A DNA stretch of 63,718 nt, filler included, from Sphingomonadaceae bacterium (GCA_050261575.1; 4 parts of 4 records of this genome joined end to end with filler, not necessarily neighbours in it); one strand, 5' to 3'; shown: positions 25,966 through 36,109, counted from the first letter of the whole stretch. The notes: generated from the letters alone by a model not told the origin. Made by a program: numbers and translations.

Positions 25966-26679
25966 ATGAAGCCCGAGCCAGTAGAAGTGGTCCAGTTGAC
26001 GCACTCGCGCCGGCAAACCCTGCCGGCAGCGGAAGAAGACGAGCGCTACCAGATCGAGCCCTTGGCTCGGACGCACCTACCTCAGATGTTACCGGTGCTC
26101 TCCCAGGCCTTTCCCACCAGCCCGCTGGTTGCCCTGGGGCCCCGCTTCCTGAAGGAGCTCTTGGGCTCCTACGTCGCGCTCCCAGGCGGCTGTGGCTACG
26201 TCTGCCTGCATGGCCAGGAATTGGTTGGGTTCGTGGTCGGCACGGAGGACTCCGGTCGCCACCGTCGGGAACTGCTGCGTCGTCGGTGGGCTCCGATCCT
26301 CCTCTACGTACTCCATGGACTCGCCGTCTCGCCGCGCCGCGTGGGGCAGCTCGCCGGCTATCTCCGTTCCTACCTGCGGCTGCTGCGCCCCACGAGGCCG
26401 ACCCACCAAGGGAACAAGGATGTGGCGGCAGTCCCGCCCCCAAGCCTGGTGCTACTCGGCGTCTCTCCGGCTCACCGGCGTCGCGGCATCGCCGCGAGGC
26501 TGACGCGAGCCTTCCTAGATGAGATGGCCGCGCGGGGCATGGACGCCGTCAAGCTGGCGGTCGCCTCCGACAACGAAGCGGCCCTCGCCTTCTACCTGTC
26601 CCGCGGCTGGGGGGTGGCCGGCCGCCATCCCTCGCCGGAGGGCAACATCGCCTACCGACTGATCTACCGATTGGCATGA
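25966..26679 (+). CDS. GNAT family N-acetyltransferase
   Basis: LGVSPAHRRRGIAARL...LAVASDNEAALAFYLSRGW. Confidence 0.88.
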   Translation: MKPEPVEVVQLTHSRRQTLPAAEEDERYQIEPLARTHLPQMLPVLSQAFPTSPLVALGPRFLKELLGSYVALPGGCGYVCLHGQELVGFVVGTEDSGRHRRELLRRRWAPILLYVLHGLAVSPRRVGQLAGYLRSYLRLLRPTRPTHQGNKDVAAVPPPSLVLLGVSPAHRRRGIAARLTRAFLDEMAARGMDAVKLAVASDNEAALAFYLSRGWGVAGRHPSPEGNIAYRLIYRLA

Positions 26680-26816
26680 CGCGCCCGAGCAGCGCTTCCG
26701 GTCGCCGCAGCCGACGCTCCAATCCTCCACACCTACACGCACAGGGGACGAGGCGGGAGGGAGAACGCCTCGTCCCCTGATGCCCCAAGTGCTGCGCCGG
26801 ATCACGAGCTACCGCG

Positions 26817-27524
26817 CTACAGCGCCGGCATCCTCAAAGCCGCGGGCCCGCGGGAGGAGTTGTCCCTGGGGGCCTGCTTGCCCATACCATTGCCCTTGAA
26901 CCACCCCTTGCCCATGAACCCTCGGCCACCAAGCTTGCTCAGGTCGGCGGTGCGGATCTGCTCCAGGATCCGGTCCGCCCGTTCCTGGGTCATCTTCCCG
27001 TTCTTGACTGCATTGTCCAGTTGAGCCTTTACGATGCCCACCACGGCGTCCTTGACCGCCTGCTCCTTACCCTGGGCCAGCTCTGCCAAGCTCTTGCCCG
27101 ACTTCAACTGGTTGGTCAACTCCTCCGGCGTCATCCCCAACGCCTCGGCGATAGCCACGTGTACCTGGCCACCGCCCTTGAAGACGATCCCGCCCTCGTG
27201 TCTCTTACCAAACCCGCGGAAGCCGAAGGCGAATGGAGCCGTATCGGACTTGGCCTTGATCTTGTCGGCCTGCTCCTGCGTGAGCTTGCCGTCTTTCACC
27301 ATCTGGTCGACGGTCTCGTTCCTGGCCTGGGTGAAGGCGCTGTTCAGCTTCTCCCGAGTCGTGCCCAAGGCGTTCGCCAGCCGATCCAGGAAGTGCTCCC
27401 GATAGTTGCTACTGGCCGCCTGCTGGTCGGGTGTGGGCGTCTGCGCGAAGGCACTGCCCGCTACTGCGAGGGTCGCCACCAGGCCGGCCAACCCCAGGAT
27501 GGCCAACGGTTTGCGGAATCTCAT
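26817..27524 (-). CDS. Secreted helical repeat protein of unknown function
   Basis: Signal peptide AFA; repeated VKDGKLTQEQADKI / VKNGKMTQERADRI and LGMTPEEL...GKSLAELA. Confidence 0.8.
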   Translation of the reverse strand: MRFRKPLAILGLAGLVATLAVAGSAFAQTPTPDQQAASSNYREHFLDRLANALGTTREKLNSAFTQARNETVDQMVKDGKLTQEQADKIKAKSDTAPFAFGFRGFGKRHEGGIVFKGGGQVHVAIAEALGMTPEELTNQLKSGKSLAELAQGKEQAVKDAVVGIVKAQLDNAVKNGKMTQERADRILEQIRTADLSKLGGRGFMGKGWFKGNGMGKQAPRDNSSRGPAALRMPAL

Positions 27525-28031
27525 GCTTCCTACCTCCATGTCTGTGTATCGGGTTCATCCATCTTTCCGTCGTAGACTGCCGCCCTCCACGGCATCGACC
27601 ACCTCCCTTCGTCCGCGTGGGGTCGGGAGCTTCCGTTGCCTGTCTACTGCGAACAGGGTATCAGCCCAGCGATAAGCGGAGGTAAAGGGCTCGTTAAATG
27701 TCTGCTAAAGCTCGGCGCGATCGGGCGGCCTCCGGCCCGCTCGGCCGGCGTCCGCCAGTTCCAGAGGGGGGTCAGGCTCCGGCCAGCGCTCCCTGCGCGC
27801 CTTCGCACTGGCGCGGCCCCTCGGCGGCCCTGCGACTGGAGGGGGAGACTCGGTCCGCAAGGCCAGATGAAGGGATAGCCAGGTAGCCGGGCCGGGAAGG
27901 ATGCACACCACCTCCACTCTACTGTATTATGTGCACGGTGCCGACCCGGAAAGCCGGCCACGGCGAAGCCCAGCTCCCCGATCCATTCGCCGCTTCGCAC
28001 GCCGCCTCAGGGAGATCGGAAACCTTCGCCC

Positions 28032-28105
28032 AAGAGCAGGTATCTCTCGTTCACGTCAACATCTCTGGCGGGAAACGTGTACCCTATCCAGAGATACCTG
28101 TTTAG
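28032..28105. mobile_element. ~70-bp TIR element, copy B (inverted relative to A and C)
   Basis: AGCAGGTATCTCT...AGAGATACCTGTT with core GTCAAC..TGGCGGGAAACGTGTAC. Confidence 0.62.
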
Positions 28106-28106
28106 A

Positions 28107-28164
28107 ACCACCGAGACACGGAGAGTGCCGATGCGCGGCCCCATCCCCTCCGGGCCTCCGTGGT
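28107..28164. repeat. CACCGAGACACGG-type palindromic repeat
   Basis: ACCACCGAGACACGGAG...CTCCGGGCCTCCGTGGT. Confidence 0.6.
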
Positions 28165-28239
28165 GAGCACCGTCAGCAGTGCCAGACGGTCGTTGCAGCC
28201 TCACGGCAACTCGACCAGCAGCAAGGAGACAGCAGAACC

Positions 28240-29685
28240 GTGATCGTGCGCAGCAACTCCACCCATTTCGATACGCCCCACTTCCGCAAGCTCTCCGACG
28301 ACCAGCGGGACCGCATCCACCAGGCGAGCCTGGAGACCCTGGAGCGAACCGGTGTGGTGTTGGAGGAGCCCCGAGCCGTGGAGTTGCTGAGGAAGGCTGG
28401 CGGCCACGTGTCCGACGGTGCACGGGTCCGGATACCTGCCGCCCTGGTGGAATGGGCGGTCTCCGTTGCCCCCAAGCGGATCGTGCTTTGCGACCGCCAC
28501 GGCAGGCGGGTGATGCCGCTGGAGGGGAACAACGTCTTCTACGGCACCGGCTCCGATTGCCCCAGCGTCATCGACGTCTACACCGGCGAGCACCGGCCCG
28601 GCACACTCCAGGACATCGTCGATGGCATCCGCGTGTGCGACGCCCTGCCCAACATCGACTTCGTGATGTCGCTGAACGTCGCCCACGACGTCGACCAGCG
28701 GGTCTCCGACCGCCACCAGATGCGAGCCATGCTCGCGAACACGACCAAGCCCATCCTAGCGGTCACCACCTCGTTCGAGGGTTGTGTGGACGTGATCGAG
28801 ATGGCTGAGATCGTGGCAGGGGGCGAGGATGCTTTCCGCCGAAACCCCCTCTGCGGTTTCTACATCAACGTCGCCGCCCCCCTGCACCACGACGCCGAGT
28901 CGCTCCAGAAGCTGCTGTTCCTGGCCGAGAAGGGGCTGCCCACCACTTACACGCCGGTGGTGCTACGCGGGCTGAGCGGCCCCGTGACCCTGGCCGGCGC
29001 ACTCGCGCTGGCCAACGCGGGCGAGCTTGCCGGGGTGGTAGTCGCCCAGCTTCAGCGGGAAGGCGCCCCCGTCATCATCAGCGGCGGCACCAACGATCTC
29101 GCCGACATGCGCTACCTCGGAGACGTCTACGCCGCCCCCGAGAACCGGGTGCTCTTCATGGAGATGGGCCACCGCTACGGCCTGCCCCTCTTCGGCCTGG
29201 GCGGCTGCAGCGACTCCAAGCTGCCGGACCAGCAGGCGGCTGCCGAGGCGGCCCTCTCCCTGCTCACCGAGACCCTGGCCGGCTCCCATCTGGTCCACGA
29301 CGTCGGCTACCTGGACTCCGGTCTCACCTACTCACTCGAGCAGCTCGCGATGTGCGACGAGTTCATCAACTGGATCCGTCGCTTCATGGAGGGAGTGCCA
29401 GTGGACGACGAATCCCTCGCGCTGGATCTCATCGACGAGCTGGGGCCAGACGGCAACTACCTGGGAGACCCTCACACGGTGCGCCACTTCAAGGAGGATT
29501 GGTACCCCGCCCTCCTGGACCGACAGAACTACGAGGGATGGGCGGCCGAGGGCGGCAAGAGCCTGCGGGAAAGGGCCAACGAGAAGGTGAGGAAGATCCT
29601 GGCGGAACACCGCCCCGAGCCGCTGCCGGCAGACGTGGAGAAGGCGCTGGACGCCGTGATCCGGCGAGCCGAAGCGAAGCTGTAG
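28240..29685 (+). CDS. MttB-superfamily corrinoid methyltransferase, non-pyrrolysine
   Basis: LSDDQRDRIHQASLETLERTGV, GPVTLAGALA..NAGELAG, SDSKLPDQQAAAE, CDEFI; no in-frame TAG; AAGGAG before GTG. Confidence 0.92.
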   Translation: MIVRSNSTHFDTPHFRKLSDDQRDRIHQASLETLERTGVVLEEPRAVELLRKAGGHVSDGARVRIPAALVEWAVSVAPKRIVLCDRHGRRVMPLEGNNVFYGTGSDCPSVIDVYTGEHRPGTLQDIVDGIRVCDALPNIDFVMSLNVAHDVDQRVSDRHQMRAMLANTTKPILAVTTSFEGCVDVIEMAEIVAGGEDAFRRNPLCGFYINVAAPLHHDAESLQKLLFLAEKGLPTTYTPVVLRGLSGPVTLAGALALANAGELAGVVVAQLQREGAPVIISGGTNDLADMRYLGDVYAAPENRVLFMEMGHRYGLPLFGLGGCSDSKLPDQQAAAEAALSLLTETLAGSHLVHDVGYLDSGLTYSLEQLAMCDEFINWIRRFMEGVPVDDESLALDLIDELGPDGNYLGDPHTVRHFKEDWYPALLDRQNYEGWAAEGGKSLRERANEKVRKILAEHRPEPLPADVEKALDAVIRRAEAKL

Positions 29686-29795
29686 CGGCCGGCGGCTCTC
29701 CCGGCCAGCGCGGCGGGCGGACCAGGGCGGTCCGACCCTACACCGGGGCCTCGCCTCCCCGTTCGCCCGCCCAACACGATGATCGAGCGTGTGAC

Positions 29796-31637
29796 ATGAC
29801 CTTCCTTGGCAAGACTCTCACCGTCGACCTGACGAACCACCACGTGTCGACGGCCGAATACGACGATGCCCTCGCCGACCGGTTCCTCGCCGGTCGAGGA
29901 GCCAACAGCCACCACCTGTACCAGGCGATTCAGGCCGGCACCGGCGCGCTGGCCCCTGAGAACCTCCTGGTGCTGAGCTGCGGCATGCTCACCGGTACCG
30001 AGGCCCCAGCCTCCTCGCGGCTCCACGTCGGCGCCCGCTCCCCCCTCACGGGGCTGCTGGGCAGCTCCAACGTGGGGGGGCACTTCGGGGCGGAGCTGCG
30101 AGCCGCTGGTGTCCAGAGCCTGCTGATCAAGGGTCAGGCTGACGGGCCGGTCTACCTCCAGATCACCGAGGACGGGGCCTCCCTACTGGACGCCTCCGAC
30201 CTCTGGGGTCTGGACGCATGGGAGACCCAGGAGCTGCTGAGGCAGCGGTCCGGAGGCGACCATACACGGGTCATGGCCATCGGCCCGGGCGGCGAGGCCC
30301 TGGTCCGATACGGCTGCATCATGACCGAGCGCGGCCACGCGGCCGGGCGCACCGGCATGGGCGCCGTGATGGGCTCCAAGCGGCTGAAGGCCATCGTGGT
30401 GCGCGGACGCGGGACGCGGCCGGCTCGGCCGCAGGCGCGGGAGGCGGTCCGCCGCTACGCCAGCGCCATACGGAACGCCCCCCGCTACCCCATCTACTCG
30501 AAGTACAGCAACACGGTCTACGTCAGTTGGGCGGACGAGGCGGGCATCCTCGCCACCCGCAACTACCAGCGCAGCCGCTTCGAGAAGTCGGGGCAGATCG
30601 ACGGGCAGCAGATCATCAAGTACGTCACACGATCCAAGAGCTGCCACCGTTGCCCGGTCCACTGCAAGGCCGAGCTGAAGATCGACGACGGCCCCTTCGC
30701 CGGCACGGAGGGGGAGCGACCGGACATCGAGCCGATCGTCGCCCTCGGCTCCAAGTGCGGCGTCGACGACGTGGAGGCGGTGCTCTACCTGTACAACCTT
30801 TGCGGCCGCCTGGGGATCGACGTCATCTCCGCCGCGAGCAGCCTGGCCTTCGCCATGGAGCTCACCGAGCGCGGCATACTCACCCGCGCCGACACCGACG
30901 GCCTCGACCTGACCTGGGGAAACCATCGGGGCATGGAGGCCATGCTGCTCAAGATCGCCCGCAGGGAGGGGTTTGGCGCCGTCCTGGCCGAAGGGGTGGC
31001 CGAGGCCGCCCGACTGATCGGCCGGGGCGCCGAGTCTTACGCCTACCACTCCAAGGGGCTGGAGTTGACCGCCTACGACCCTCGCGGCGCCATGGGCACG
31101 GCTCTGGGCTACGCCGTCTCGAACCGGGGAGGCGACTTCACCAGTGTATACGCGGTGCCGGAGTACCGATGGGAGCCAGAAAAGGGAGAGGAGGAGTTCG
31201 GCACCCCGCTGGCCGTGGATCGGCTCTCCACCGAGGGCAAGGGCCTGCTGGTGAAGCGGGCCATGTCCGTCTCGGCGGTGCTGGATTCCATGGGGCTGTG
31301 CAAGGTGGCGGCCCTCTCGGTGGTGGGCGATTTCTCCCTGAAGGCTGAGGCCGAGCTCGCCTCGGCCCTCAGCGGTCGCGACTTCTCCCCGGAGGGGCTC
31401 CTGGCCATCGGGGAGCGGGTAGTCAATATGGAGCGGCTGTTCAACCTGCGCCACGGGGCAACCACGCGGGACGATCGGCTTCCGGCCCACTTCCTCCAGG
31501 ATGGGCTGCCCGACAGCCCCAACCAGGGGAGCACGGTGGATCTGGAGCCCATGGTGCGGCAGTTCTACGCCGCTATGGGTTGGGACGAGGAGGGGCGCCC
31601 GACTCCGGAGAAGCTGCGCGAGCTGGGGCTCCTGTGA
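29796..31637 (+). CDS. aor: Tungsten aldehyde:ferredoxin oxidoreductase family protein
   Basis: RSPLTG..G.SN.GG.FG, IGPGGE, GRTGMGAVMGSKRLKAI, CHRCPVHC, YDPRG, GWDEEGRP. Confidence 0.92.
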   Translation: MTFLGKTLTVDLTNHHVSTAEYDDALADRFLAGRGANSHHLYQAIQAGTGALAPENLLVLSCGMLTGTEAPASSRLHVGARSPLTGLLGSSNVGGHFGAELRAAGVQSLLIKGQADGPVYLQITEDGASLLDASDLWGLDAWETQELLRQRSGGDHTRVMAIGPGGEALVRYGCIMTERGHAAGRTGMGAVMGSKRLKAIVVRGRGTRPARPQAREAVRRYASAIRNAPRYPIYSKYSNTVYVSWADEAGILATRNYQRSRFEKSGQIDGQQIIKYVTRSKSCHRCPVHCKAELKIDDGPFAGTEGERPDIEPIVALGSKCGVDDVEAVLYLYNLCGRLGIDVISAASSLAFAMELTERGILTRADTDGLDLTWGNHRGMEAMLLKIARREGFGAVLAEGVAEAARLIGRGAESYAYHSKGLELTAYDPRGAMGTALGYAVSNRGGDFTSVYAVPEYRWEPEKGEEEFGTPLAVDRLSTEGKGLLVKRAMSVSAVLDSMGLCKVAALSVVGDFSLKAEAELASALSGRDFSPEGLLAIGERVVNMERLFNLRHGATTRDDRLPAHFLQDGLPDSPNQGSTVDLEPMVRQFYAAMGWDEEGRPTPEKLRELGLL

Positions 31638-31698
31638 AGACGCCATCCCAGCCCGACGCGGTGCCCGCCTTCCGGCAGCGCGCGATGCCCTGGATGAT

Positions 31699-31805
31699 GT
31701 AGGGCGGGGCCCGCGCCCCCGCCGCCCGGACCGGCGGCCTGGCATCGACGGTGTAGGGCAGGGGCTCGTAACGCTGCGCTCGCTCGCGTTACGCCCCGCC
31801 GCCTT
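31699..31805. repeat. GTAG REP-like copies
   Basis: GTAGGGCGGGGCCCGCGCCCCCGCC and GTAGGGCAGGGGCTCG. Confidence 0.6.
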
Positions 31806-31885
31806 TACTTGGCATTCACGGAGCCTGGGGTGTCGCAACCCAGGCTGCCCACCGAGAACAAACGTATCAGAGAGCAAGAACGCCC

Positions 31886-32962
31886 ATGTCGCTATCCATA
31901 GACCTCCAGCGCCTCGCGGCGCAATTCGGCGTGCCCGACGTGGCACTGCCCTACGTCCACAGAATGGTCACACCAGAGGAGATGATCCTGGTGCTGGCCG
32001 CCGACGACGGCCCCCTGACCGCCGAGAGCGCCGGGCGCCACCTCGGACTACCCATCGATCGGGCGGCCGAGATCCTCGACTCCGCATTCCGCCGCGCCGT
32101 GCTCGATCGCGACGAGACCGAGGGCGTCCCGACCTACACCCCCACCTCCTTCTACACCAGGATGAACTACTTCGCCACCTTCGACCCAGCATGGGTCGAC
32201 CTCCCGGCGGAGGTCCGCGCCGCTCTCGACGAGTGGATGCTGGGGGAGTACGTGGAGAGGGTGCGCCCCAACGTGGAGCGGCTGATGAGGGGGGAACCTG
32301 CCCAGGGCAGCCCCGGCAACGACAGCGTGGTGCTGCCGCACGAGGTGGAGTCGATCATCGACGCCGCGACCACCATCGCCGTGGTGCCCTGCGACTGCCG
32401 CTCCATCGCCCGCTACTGCGGCAAGCCGCTGGAGACCTGCATCCAGTTCGACTCCGTCGCCGAGAAGAAGCTGGCACGCGGCTACGGCCGCCGCCTCACG
32501 GCAGCCGAGGCCAAGGAGTTGGTGGCCTGGGCCGACCGCAAGGGATTGATGCACACCACCGACCTCCAGTTCGGCGACGAGGGCCCTTCGCCCATCTGCA
32601 ACTGCTGCGCCGACGACTGCTACGTCTTCCGCGCGGCCGCCCGCCTCGGCAGCAAGGGAGCCTGGCCCCGCAGCCGCTACGTCGCGGCCCACGATGCCGA
32701 CGCCTGCACCTCGTGCGGCGCCTGCGTGAAGAGGTGCCACTTCGGCGCCTTCCACCACGACGGCACCAGCCGGGAGGTAGGAGGCACGCGGGCGAATCAG
32801 GTGGTGTTCGACCCGAGCCTCTGCTGGGGCTGTGGCCTCTGCGCCTCCACCTGCCCCAGCAACGCGATCGCCCTGATCCCTGCCGACCGACGTACGGGCG
32901 AGGGCGGACGCCTGTCCCCTCTCCCTCTGGGAGAGGGTCAGGGTGAGGGTAGGCAGCCATGA
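31886..32962 (+). CDS. Polynuclear Fe-S protein (CxCR / ICNCC / 2x4Fe-4S)
   Basis: PCDCR, ICNCCADDC, CTSCGACVKRC, CWGCGLCASTCP. Confidence 0.9.
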   Translation: MSLSIDLQRLAAQFGVPDVALPYVHRMVTPEEMILVLAADDGPLTAESAGRHLGLPIDRAAEILDSAFRRAVLDRDETEGVPTYTPTSFYTRMNYFATFDPAWVDLPAEVRAALDEWMLGEYVERVRPNVERLMRGEPAQGSPGNDSVVLPHEVESIIDAATTIAVVPCDCRSIARYCGKPLETCIQFDSVAEKKLARGYGRRLTAAEAKELVAWADRKGLMHTTDLQFGDEGPSPICNCCADDCYVFRAAARLGSKGAWPRSRYVAAHDADACTSCGACVKRCHFGAFHHDGTSREVGGTRANQVVFDPSLCWGCGLCASTCPSNAIALIPADRRTGEGGRLSPLPLGEGQGEGRQP

Positions 32963-33837
32963 CCACCATCGACATCCCGATCGCCTCCACCCGCGCCAAC
33001 GCCCTTTCCCTGGGCTGGCGGCGGCTGCGCCGCTCCCCCTCCACCCTGGTGGGGAGCCTCATCGTGCTCTTCTTCCTGTTCATGGCGGTTTTCGGGCCGC
33101 AGGTGAGCCCCTACGGCTACGCCGAGCAGCAGATGTCCGCCCGGCTGCAGCCACCATCCGCCGCCCACCTACTGGGAACCGACCTTTTCGGGCGCGACAT
33201 CCTCAGCCGCATACTGGTGGGGAGCCGCGACATCTTCCTGCTGTCCGGCCTCGGCACCCTGACCGCGGTGATCCTGGGGCTCTGCGTCGGGCTCTTCTCG
33301 GGCTACTACGGCGGCATTCTGGACGAAATCGCCATGCGGCTGATGGACGTGCTCCTCTCGGTGCCGGCACTGCTGCTGGCGATGCTGCTGCTGGCCATGG
33401 TCGGCCCCTCCCAGCTCAACGTGGTGATCGTGGTTGCCTTGCTCTACATCCCCATGGTGAGCAGGGTAGTCCGCAGCGCCGTGCTCGATCTGAAGACCAG
33501 AGAGTTCGTGGAGGCGGCTAAGATCCGAGGCGAGACCGGCCTGTACATCATGTTCCGCGAGATCCTGCCCAACGCCCTGCCACCCCTCGTGGTGGAGGCG
33601 GCGGCGCGCTTCTCGTACTCCATCTTCCTGGTCGCCTCCCTGGGCTTCCTGGGGCTGGGGGTTCAACCCCCCTCCCCCAACTGGGGACTGATGGTCGCAG
33701 AGTCCCGCGACTCCTACGCGCTCGCCCCCTGGACGCTCCTGTTCCCCTCGGCGGCCATTTCGCTGCTGGTGATCGGCGTCAGCCTCACGAGCGACGGCTT
33801 GCGGCGACTCCTGCGACCGGGCATCACGGGGGAGTGA
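32959..33837 (+). CDS. Peptide/nickel ABC permease (DppC/OppC type)
   Basis: HLLGTDLFGRDILSR, EFVEAAKIRG, LGFLGLGVQPPSPNWG. Confidence 0.93.
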   Translation: MTTIDIPIASTRANALSLGWRRLRRSPSTLVGSLIVLFFLFMAVFGPQVSPYGYAEQQMSARLQPPSAAHLLGTDLFGRDILSRILVGSRDIFLLSGLGTLTAVILGLCVGLFSGYYGGILDEIAMRLMDVLLSVPALLLAMLLLAMVGPSQLNVVIVVALLYIPMVSRVVRSAVLDLKTREFVEAAKIRGETGLYIMFREILPNALPPLVVEAAARFSYSIFLVASLGFLGLGVQPPSPNWGLMVAESRDSYALAPWTLLFPSAAISLLVIGVSLTSDGLRRLLRPGITGE

Positions 33838-36044
33838 CCATGGGTAGAGTTCCCGTACTGGAGTTGGACAACCTGCTCGTCTCATATCGAACCGAAAAGG
33901 GGCTGCTGGACCCTGTGCGCCGCGTCTCCCTGCGGGTCCAGCCCAACGAGAAGTACGGCCTCGTCGGGGAATCGGGCTCCGGCAAGACCACCCTCGCCCT
34001 CTCGGTCATGCGCTACCTTCCGGCCAACGGTCTGGTGCGAGGCGGACGTATCCTGCTCAACGGCGAAGACCTGGTGACCAGGTCCGAGGCCGAGATGCGC
34101 GACGTCTGGGGGGGAAAGATCGGTATGGTCTATCAGAACCCCTCCACGGCCCTCAACCCCGCCATTCCGATCGGAGAGCAGATCGCCGAGGTGGCCAGGG
34201 TGCACCTGCGGATGTCGCGAGACGAGGCTCGGCGCAAGGCCACGGAGATGCTGGGTCGCGTCCGCATGCCGGATCCCGCCGCCGTGGCGGGCCGCTACCC
34301 CCACCAAGTGAGCGGCGGCATGCTGCAGCGCGCCCTGATCGCCATGGCCCTGACCAGCAACCCCCAGCTCCTGATCATGGACGAGCCCACCACCGCCCTG
34401 GACGTGACCACCGAGGCGGTGGTGCTGGACCTCATCCAGCAGCTCTCCCAGGAGTACTCCTCCGCCATCCTATACATCACCCACAACCTGGGCGTCGTGG
34501 CGCGGCTGTGCGACAGGGTGGGGGTGATGTACGCTGGGGAACTGATGGAGGAGGCGCGGGTGGCCGACCTGTTCCGGCGTCCGCTCCACCCCTACACCCA
34601 GGGGCTGATCGGCTGCGCGCCTCGACTGGACACTCACAAGCACCGCGGAGGGCTGAACACCATCCCCGGCTACATCCCCCGGCTGGATCAGTTGCCCGAG
34701 GGCTGCATATTCGCGCCGCGCTGCCCCTTGGCCCAGGACGGCTGCCGCCGGGAGCGGCCGCAGCTCGTCGAGGCCGAGCCGGGCCGCTTCTCCTCCTGCC
34801 TGCGCTGGCGCGAGCTCGCGGCGGGGCAGGGGCTCGTCCCCCGCCGCCCGAGCGAGACGTCGAAGCCGGCATCCTCCACGCGTGGTAGCGGCTTCGATCG
34901 TTCGTCCCTAGCAGACATGGGGAGCGCTGCCCCGACGGGGCCGACCGGCGGAGGGCAAGTCCCCGCCCTACGTTCAGCACCGAGCACTCAGAACCCAGGA
35001 CCTAGCACTCGGCCCCTATTGTCGGCCACCGGCATCGAGAAGCACTTCAAGGGCTCCTCCTGGCTGTCCCTGCCCGGCATGGCCTCCCCGACGGTCAAGG
35101 CCGTGGACGGCATCAGCCTCCAGCTACCCCTGGGGCTGACCGTCGGGCTGGTGGGGGAGAGCGGGTGCGGGAAGACCACCTTCGGCCGCTGCCTGGTCGG
35201 GCTCGTCGAGCCCTCGGCAGGAAAGGTGGAGCTCGGGGGCGAGCGTCTCGCGCCCTCCGTGGCCCGGCGCCCCCGCTCCATCCTGAAGCGCATCCAGATG
35301 GTGTTCCAGAACCCCGACGCATCCCTCAACCCGAGGATGACTGTCGGAGAGATCATCGCCCGCCCACTCGCCAAGCTGGCAGGGGTGCCATCAGGGAGGA
35401 TCGGGGAGCGGACAGCCGAGCTGCTGCGGGCCGTCCACCTTCCCGAGAGCTACGCCTCTCGCCTTCCGGAGGAACTGAGCGGCGGGGAGAAGCAGCGGGT
35501 GGCCATCGCCCGCGCCTTCGCTGCGGACCCGGAGCTGGTGATCTGCGACGAGCCGGTATCCGCCCTGGACGTGTCGGTGCAGGGGGCGCTGCTCAATTTG
35601 CTGAGCGAGCTGCAGCGGTCCAAGGGCACAACCTACCTCTTCATCTCCCACGACCTGGCCGCCGTCCGCCATCTGGCCGACCTGATCGGCGTGGTCTACC
35701 TCGGCCGGCTCTGGGAGGTGGGCAACTCCGAGGAGGTCTTCGCCCCTCCCTACCATCCCTACACCGAGGCGTTGCTGTCGGCCATACCCGTGCCCGACCC
35801 TGAGGTGCGGCAGAAGAGGATCAGGCTAGAGGGGAGCGTGCCGAGCGCCATCGACGTCCCACCCGGCTGCCGCTTCCACACCCGCTGCCCCCGCAAGCTC
35901 GGGCCCATCTGCGAGACGCACGAGCCCCCCTGGAGGGAGGTCTCTCCCACCCACCGGCTTTGCTGCCACATGGAGATCGACGAACTGCGGCGGCTGCAAA
36001 CGCCGGTGCTGGACCACGACGACCGAGGAAGGGCTGAGAGCTGA
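33834..36044 (+). CDS. Fused DppD-DppF ABC ATPase
   Basis: Two Walker A motifs (GESGSGKT, GESGCGKT), two HPYT/C-rich tails. Confidence 0.93.
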   Translation: MTMGRVPVLELDNLLVSYRTEKGLLDPVRRVSLRVQPNEKYGLVGESGSGKTTLALSVMRYLPANGLVRGGRILLNGEDLVTRSEAEMRDVWGGKIGMVYQNPSTALNPAIPIGEQIAEVARVHLRMSRDEARRKATEMLGRVRMPDPAAVAGRYPHQVSGGMLQRALIAMALTSNPQLLIMDEPTTALDVTTEAVVLDLIQQLSQEYSSAILYITHNLGVVARLCDRVGVMYAGELMEEARVADLFRRPLHPYTQGLIGCAPRLDTHKHRGGLNTIPGYIPRLDQLPEGCIFAPRCPLAQDGCRRERPQLVEAEPGRFSSCLRWRELAAGQGLVPRRPSETSKPASSTRGSGFDRSSLADMGSAAPTGPTGGGQVPALRSAPSTQNPGPSTRPLLSATGIEKHFKGSSWLSLPGMASPTVKAVDGISLQLPLGLTVGLVGESGCGKTTFGRCLVGLVEPSAGKVELGGERLAPSVARRPRSILKRIQMVFQNPDASLNPRMTVGEIIARPLAKLAGVPSGRIGERTAELLRAVHLPESYASRLPEELSGGEKQRVAIARAFAADPELVICDEPVSALDVSVQGALLNLLSELQRSKGTTYLFISHDLAAVRHLADLIGVVYLGRLWEVGNSEEVFAPPYHPYTEALLSAIPVPDPEVRQKRIRLEGSVPSAIDVPPGCRFHTRCPRKLGPICETHEPPWREVSPTHRLCCHMEIDELRRLQTPVLDHDDRGRAES

Positions 36045-36109
36045 GAGAGTGCAACTCATCACTCAGGACTCGCGACCAGAGTGCTGATAGCTAGACAACG
36101 GAGACATCC

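Noticed and set aside
28240..29685. Pyrrolysine in the MttB homolog
   Set aside because: The ORF is open with no in-frame TAG.
31822..31850. Hairpin after aor as a Moco/Wco riboswitch
   Set aside because: Single stem only; the other conserved elements were not found.
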